DNA of 64,000 nt from Nitrospirota bacterium. Lineage in GTDB: Bacteria > Nitrospirota > UBA9217. The number at the start of each line of letters is the position of its first letter. Within the stretch, counting starts at the first letter, position 1. The DNA is taken from contig CAVVUN010000009.1 in assembly GCA_963751455.1 (NCBI GenBank), forward strand, positions 192,001-256,000, in the 5' to 3' direction. This document shows, one piece after another, positions 61,503-64,000 of this stretch. The translations under genes were made by a program, and so were the position numbers. The notes beneath the pieces were generated by a model. The model was not told the DNA's origin. It saw only the letters and a program-made list of their open reading frames with translations, and made no database searches.

Positions 61503-62699
61503 ATGACTGAATCGTTCTCACTTATTTCACTTGCGGGAAAAAATCTAACAAGAAAACCGCTGCGCACCGTTATTCTCATCTTCTCAATAGCTATGCTCGT
61601 AACCGCTATCATATTCATCCTCTCTTTTGTAAGGCGGGTGGATTCCGTGATAGCGTCGACCTCCGACCGGCTTGGCGCCGATATTATCATCGTGCCGACA
61701 GGTTCACGCGGGGCCGCAGAAGACATCCTTCTTGAAAACAGAGTGAAGTCTTTTTACATGCCCCGAAATATACTGGAAAAGCTCAAACAAATAGAAGGGG
61801 TCGACCGGCTGACGGAGCAGACCTACCTCGCCACCATTACGGGCGAATGCTGCGATGTGCCCGAGACTATGGTGGTTGCCTTTAATCAGGAAACTGATTT
61901 CATCATCAAACCCTGGCTGAACAAAAAACTGGGCCGGATACTCAAAAAAGGAGAGGCGATTGTCGGCCAGGAATCCGCCCTGAACATCAGTGTCGGTCTC
62001 ACCGATGTGGACGGTATTCTTTTCGGGAATATATTCAAGATGGTGGGTGTACTCGATAGAACAGGAACAGGCCTTGACACCGCAATATTTATCGATGAGA
62101 CGAACATCGGCGATATTCTGACGAAAGGAAAGAGCGCGCTCAAACCCGATCAGGTTTCCATCATTTTCGTCAAAGTTCTCACCGGAACGGACCCGCAAAC
62201 GATTGCCAATCAAATAGAGGATTCCGTGATCGAAGTCGATGCCGTCGCGAGAAAGGACATAGGAAAAAGCATTCTCGCAACACTCAGGGATCTGAACACA
62301 ATCTTTTTCGTAAGCGTCGCGCTGGCTTCTCTTTTGTCGGTATTTCTTGTCTGGGCGGTCTTTTCGGCGATAGCGAACGAGAGATCACGGGAAATAGGGA
62401 TCATGCGCGCTCTGGGAGCCCGTGAGTCGCACATCAGCCGCCTGTTTCTGACAGAAGTGCTGTTCATCGGCTGCGCGGGAAGCATAATCGGCGTCCTGGC
62501 CGGGACGAGTATTTCTTTTCTGGTAATAAAGAATTTCATGCTCCTGAAGGGCGTAACAACGGATATAACGCTGATTGATCGGCTGGTCATCGCTTTATTC
62601 TCGTTTGCAGCAGGAACGGCAATATGCACTGCAGGCGCCTTATCTCCGATACAGAGGTTAAAGAAACTGGAGCCGCTGCTGGCGATAAAAGAGGATTAA
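61503..62699 (+). CDS. MacB/FtsX-type ABC permease with Cys-Cys motif; paralogue of 15305-16525
   Basis: RLGADIIIVP, TGECCDVP..VVAF.QETDF.IKPWL, NERSREIGIMRALGA. Confidence 0.88.
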   Translation: MTESFSLISLAGKNLTRKPLRTVILIFSIAMLVTAIIFILSFVRRVDSVIASTSDRLGADIIIVPTGSRGAAEDILLENRVKSFYMPRNILEKLKQIEGVDRLTEQTYLATITGECCDVPETMVVAFNQETDFIIKPWLNKKLGRILKKGEAIVGQESALNISVGLTDVDGILFGNIFKMVGVLDRTGTGLDTAIFIDETNIGDILTKGKSALKPDQVSIIFVKVLTGTDPQTIANQIEDSVIEVDAVARKDIGKSILATLRDLNTIFFVSVALASLLSVFLVWAVFSAIANERSREIGIMRALGARESHISRLFLTEVLFIGCAGSIIGVLAGTSISFLVIKNFMLLKGVTTDITLIDRLVIALFSFAAGTAICTAGALSPIQRLKKLEPLLAIKED

Positions 62700-63383
62700 A
62701 TGCAGCATATCGAAGTGCAGGATGTATCGAAATATTATACGATCGGCAAACAGAGAATTACAGCCGTTGATCGAGCCGCGCTCACTATCCAGGAGGGAGA
62801 TTTTGTGTCCCTCATCGGTCACTCCGGGTCTGGGAAAACGACCTTGTTGTCGATCATCGGAGGCATTATCAGGCCCACCGGCGGACAGGTACTCTACCGA
62901 GGGAGCGACATATGCACTGCCAATGACGACGCGCTATCGCAATACCGGAATACAAAGGTCGGCTTCATGTTCCAGTTCGCGAGCTTGTTGCCGTCGCTCC
63001 GTGTCAGCGAGAACCTGCTGCTTCCGACTCTTTTCAATGACGGCCGGGGTGCAGCCGCAGGATCACACGGCCATAAAGTCCGGGAACTGCTCTCTCTGGT
63101 CGGGCTCGAAGACAAAGTGCGAGCTTTTCCTTCCCAGTTGTCCGGCGGGCAGCAGCGCCGTGTCGCGATTGCGAGGGCCTTCATGAATAATCCGGAGCTC
63201 ATACTTGCCGATGAACCAACCGGCGATCTTGATGAGGAAACCGAGCAGGACATGATGGATTTTTTCAAGTCGATGAATAAAAGTCATCGCATAACTTTCA
63301 TCATGGTCACTCATAATACCGACCTCGCAAGGCAAGCAAACCGATGCATCAGGATGCATCAGGGCAGGCTTAACGAAGCGTGA
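62700..63383 (+). CDS. ABC ATP-binding protein; paralogue of 13013-13675
   Basis: GHSGSGKTT, QFASLLP, LSGGQQRRVAIARAF, LADEPTGDLDEETE. Confidence 0.92.
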   Translation: MQHIEVQDVSKYYTIGKQRITAVDRAALTIQEGDFVSLIGHSGSGKTTLLSIIGGIIRPTGGQVLYRGSDICTANDDALSQYRNTKVGFMFQFASLLPSLRVSENLLLPTLFNDGRGAAAGSHGHKVRELLSLVGLEDKVRAFPSQLSGGQQRRVAIARAFMNNPELILADEPTGDLDEETEQDMMDFFKSMNKSHRITFIMVTHNTDLARQANRCIRMHQGRLNEA

Positions 63384-63529
63384 TTTCGTTAATTAATCTG
63401 TAACAAAATGAATAAACCCGCATCAAATGCTCGCTTAATCCACTCTTCGATTGACACACACCCGTACTCAGTATAAATTAAAAATCGATTCAGCAGGGCA
63501 GGTTGTTTTCATCCGGGAACGGTGTGCGT

Positions 63530-64000
63530 ATGAAAATACGTGAAGATAGAAAGATAATTCTGCTTTCGGTTGTCGGGGGATTGATGGTGTGGGTATTGGA
63601 CGCAGCCATCGACTCCTTTTTCTTCTCTCAAGGCAGCTTCATCGGTTCTCTGCTATCCGACATGTCCGCGCACGAACGCTTTTTCCGGACATTTATGGTC
63701 CTCAGCCTCATAGTGTTTGCCCTCGTTATAAAGCAGATAACCAGAAAACGCCGCCAAATTGAAGAGCGATACAAGAATCTCGTTGAGCTTTCATCGGATA
63801 TTATCTATGTATCGGACAGAGACGCTAAACAGATCTTCATGAACAACGCGGCTTACCGGATACTAGGCCGTACGTCGGAGGAGGTCATCGGCAAACCGAT
63901 GATCGAATTGATACATCCCGACGACCGGGAAAAGACGCTGGAGAAGCGGAATGAGCTGGTGGTCATGAACACCGACGCAGTGAATTTCGAAAATCGTTAT
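63530..64000 (+). CDS. Membrane-bound PAS-domain signalling protein (runs off the window end)
   Basis: Manual translation from ATG 63530: two TMs then EERYKNLVELSSDIIY...IHPDDRE...FENRY; no stop before the edge. Confidence 0.75.
   Translation, partial: MKIREDRKIILLSVVGGLMVWVLDAAIDSFFFSQGSFIGSLLSDMSAHERFFRTFMVLSLIVFALVIKQITRKRRQIEERYKNLVELSSDIIYVSDRDAKQIFMNNAAYRILGRTSEEVIGKPMIELIHPDDREKTLEKRNELVVMNTDAVNFENRY

Overview
A 64-kb chromosomal window, probably from an anaerobic Nitrospirota- or Desulfobacterota-like bacterium (inferred from gene content only). The backbone holds purH-like, cheW/MCP, livMGF, truA, a heptaheme cytochrome c with a cytochrome b, rpmB, a TetR-TolC-RND-MacAB efflux operon, recG, pilD, a PAS kinase with a sigma-54 regulator, ligA, nfo, a YhcC-type radical SAM protein and a PHP protein. 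An accessory block (about 29.7-44.3 kb) encodes a tail-fibre-like repeat protein, an RCC1/Ig surface protein, a partner protein and a Zn-phospholipase C/P1-nuclease-like protein, plus a RAYT-like remnant and toxin-antitoxin genes. Four IS elements are present (IS200, IS1182/ISNCY-like, IS3, IS481). The strongest candidate for an undescribed system is a pair of paralogous loci (13.0-17.8 kb and 59.5-63.4 kb). Each encodes an exported beta-propeller with His/Cys at equivalent blade positions and a C-terminal CxxCH, a MacB/FtsX-type ABC transporter with a Cys-Cys motif, and a copper chaperone (NosL or PCuAC). A second theme is a set of nested intergenic micro-elements: about 175-bp MITEs with visible target-site duplications that share 9-bp periodic inverted repeats, some with 25-31 nt hairpin insertions. 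Frameshifts cluster at 41-58 kb, including in essential ligA, and look like sequencing errors. No rRNA, tRNA or CRISPR array was seen.
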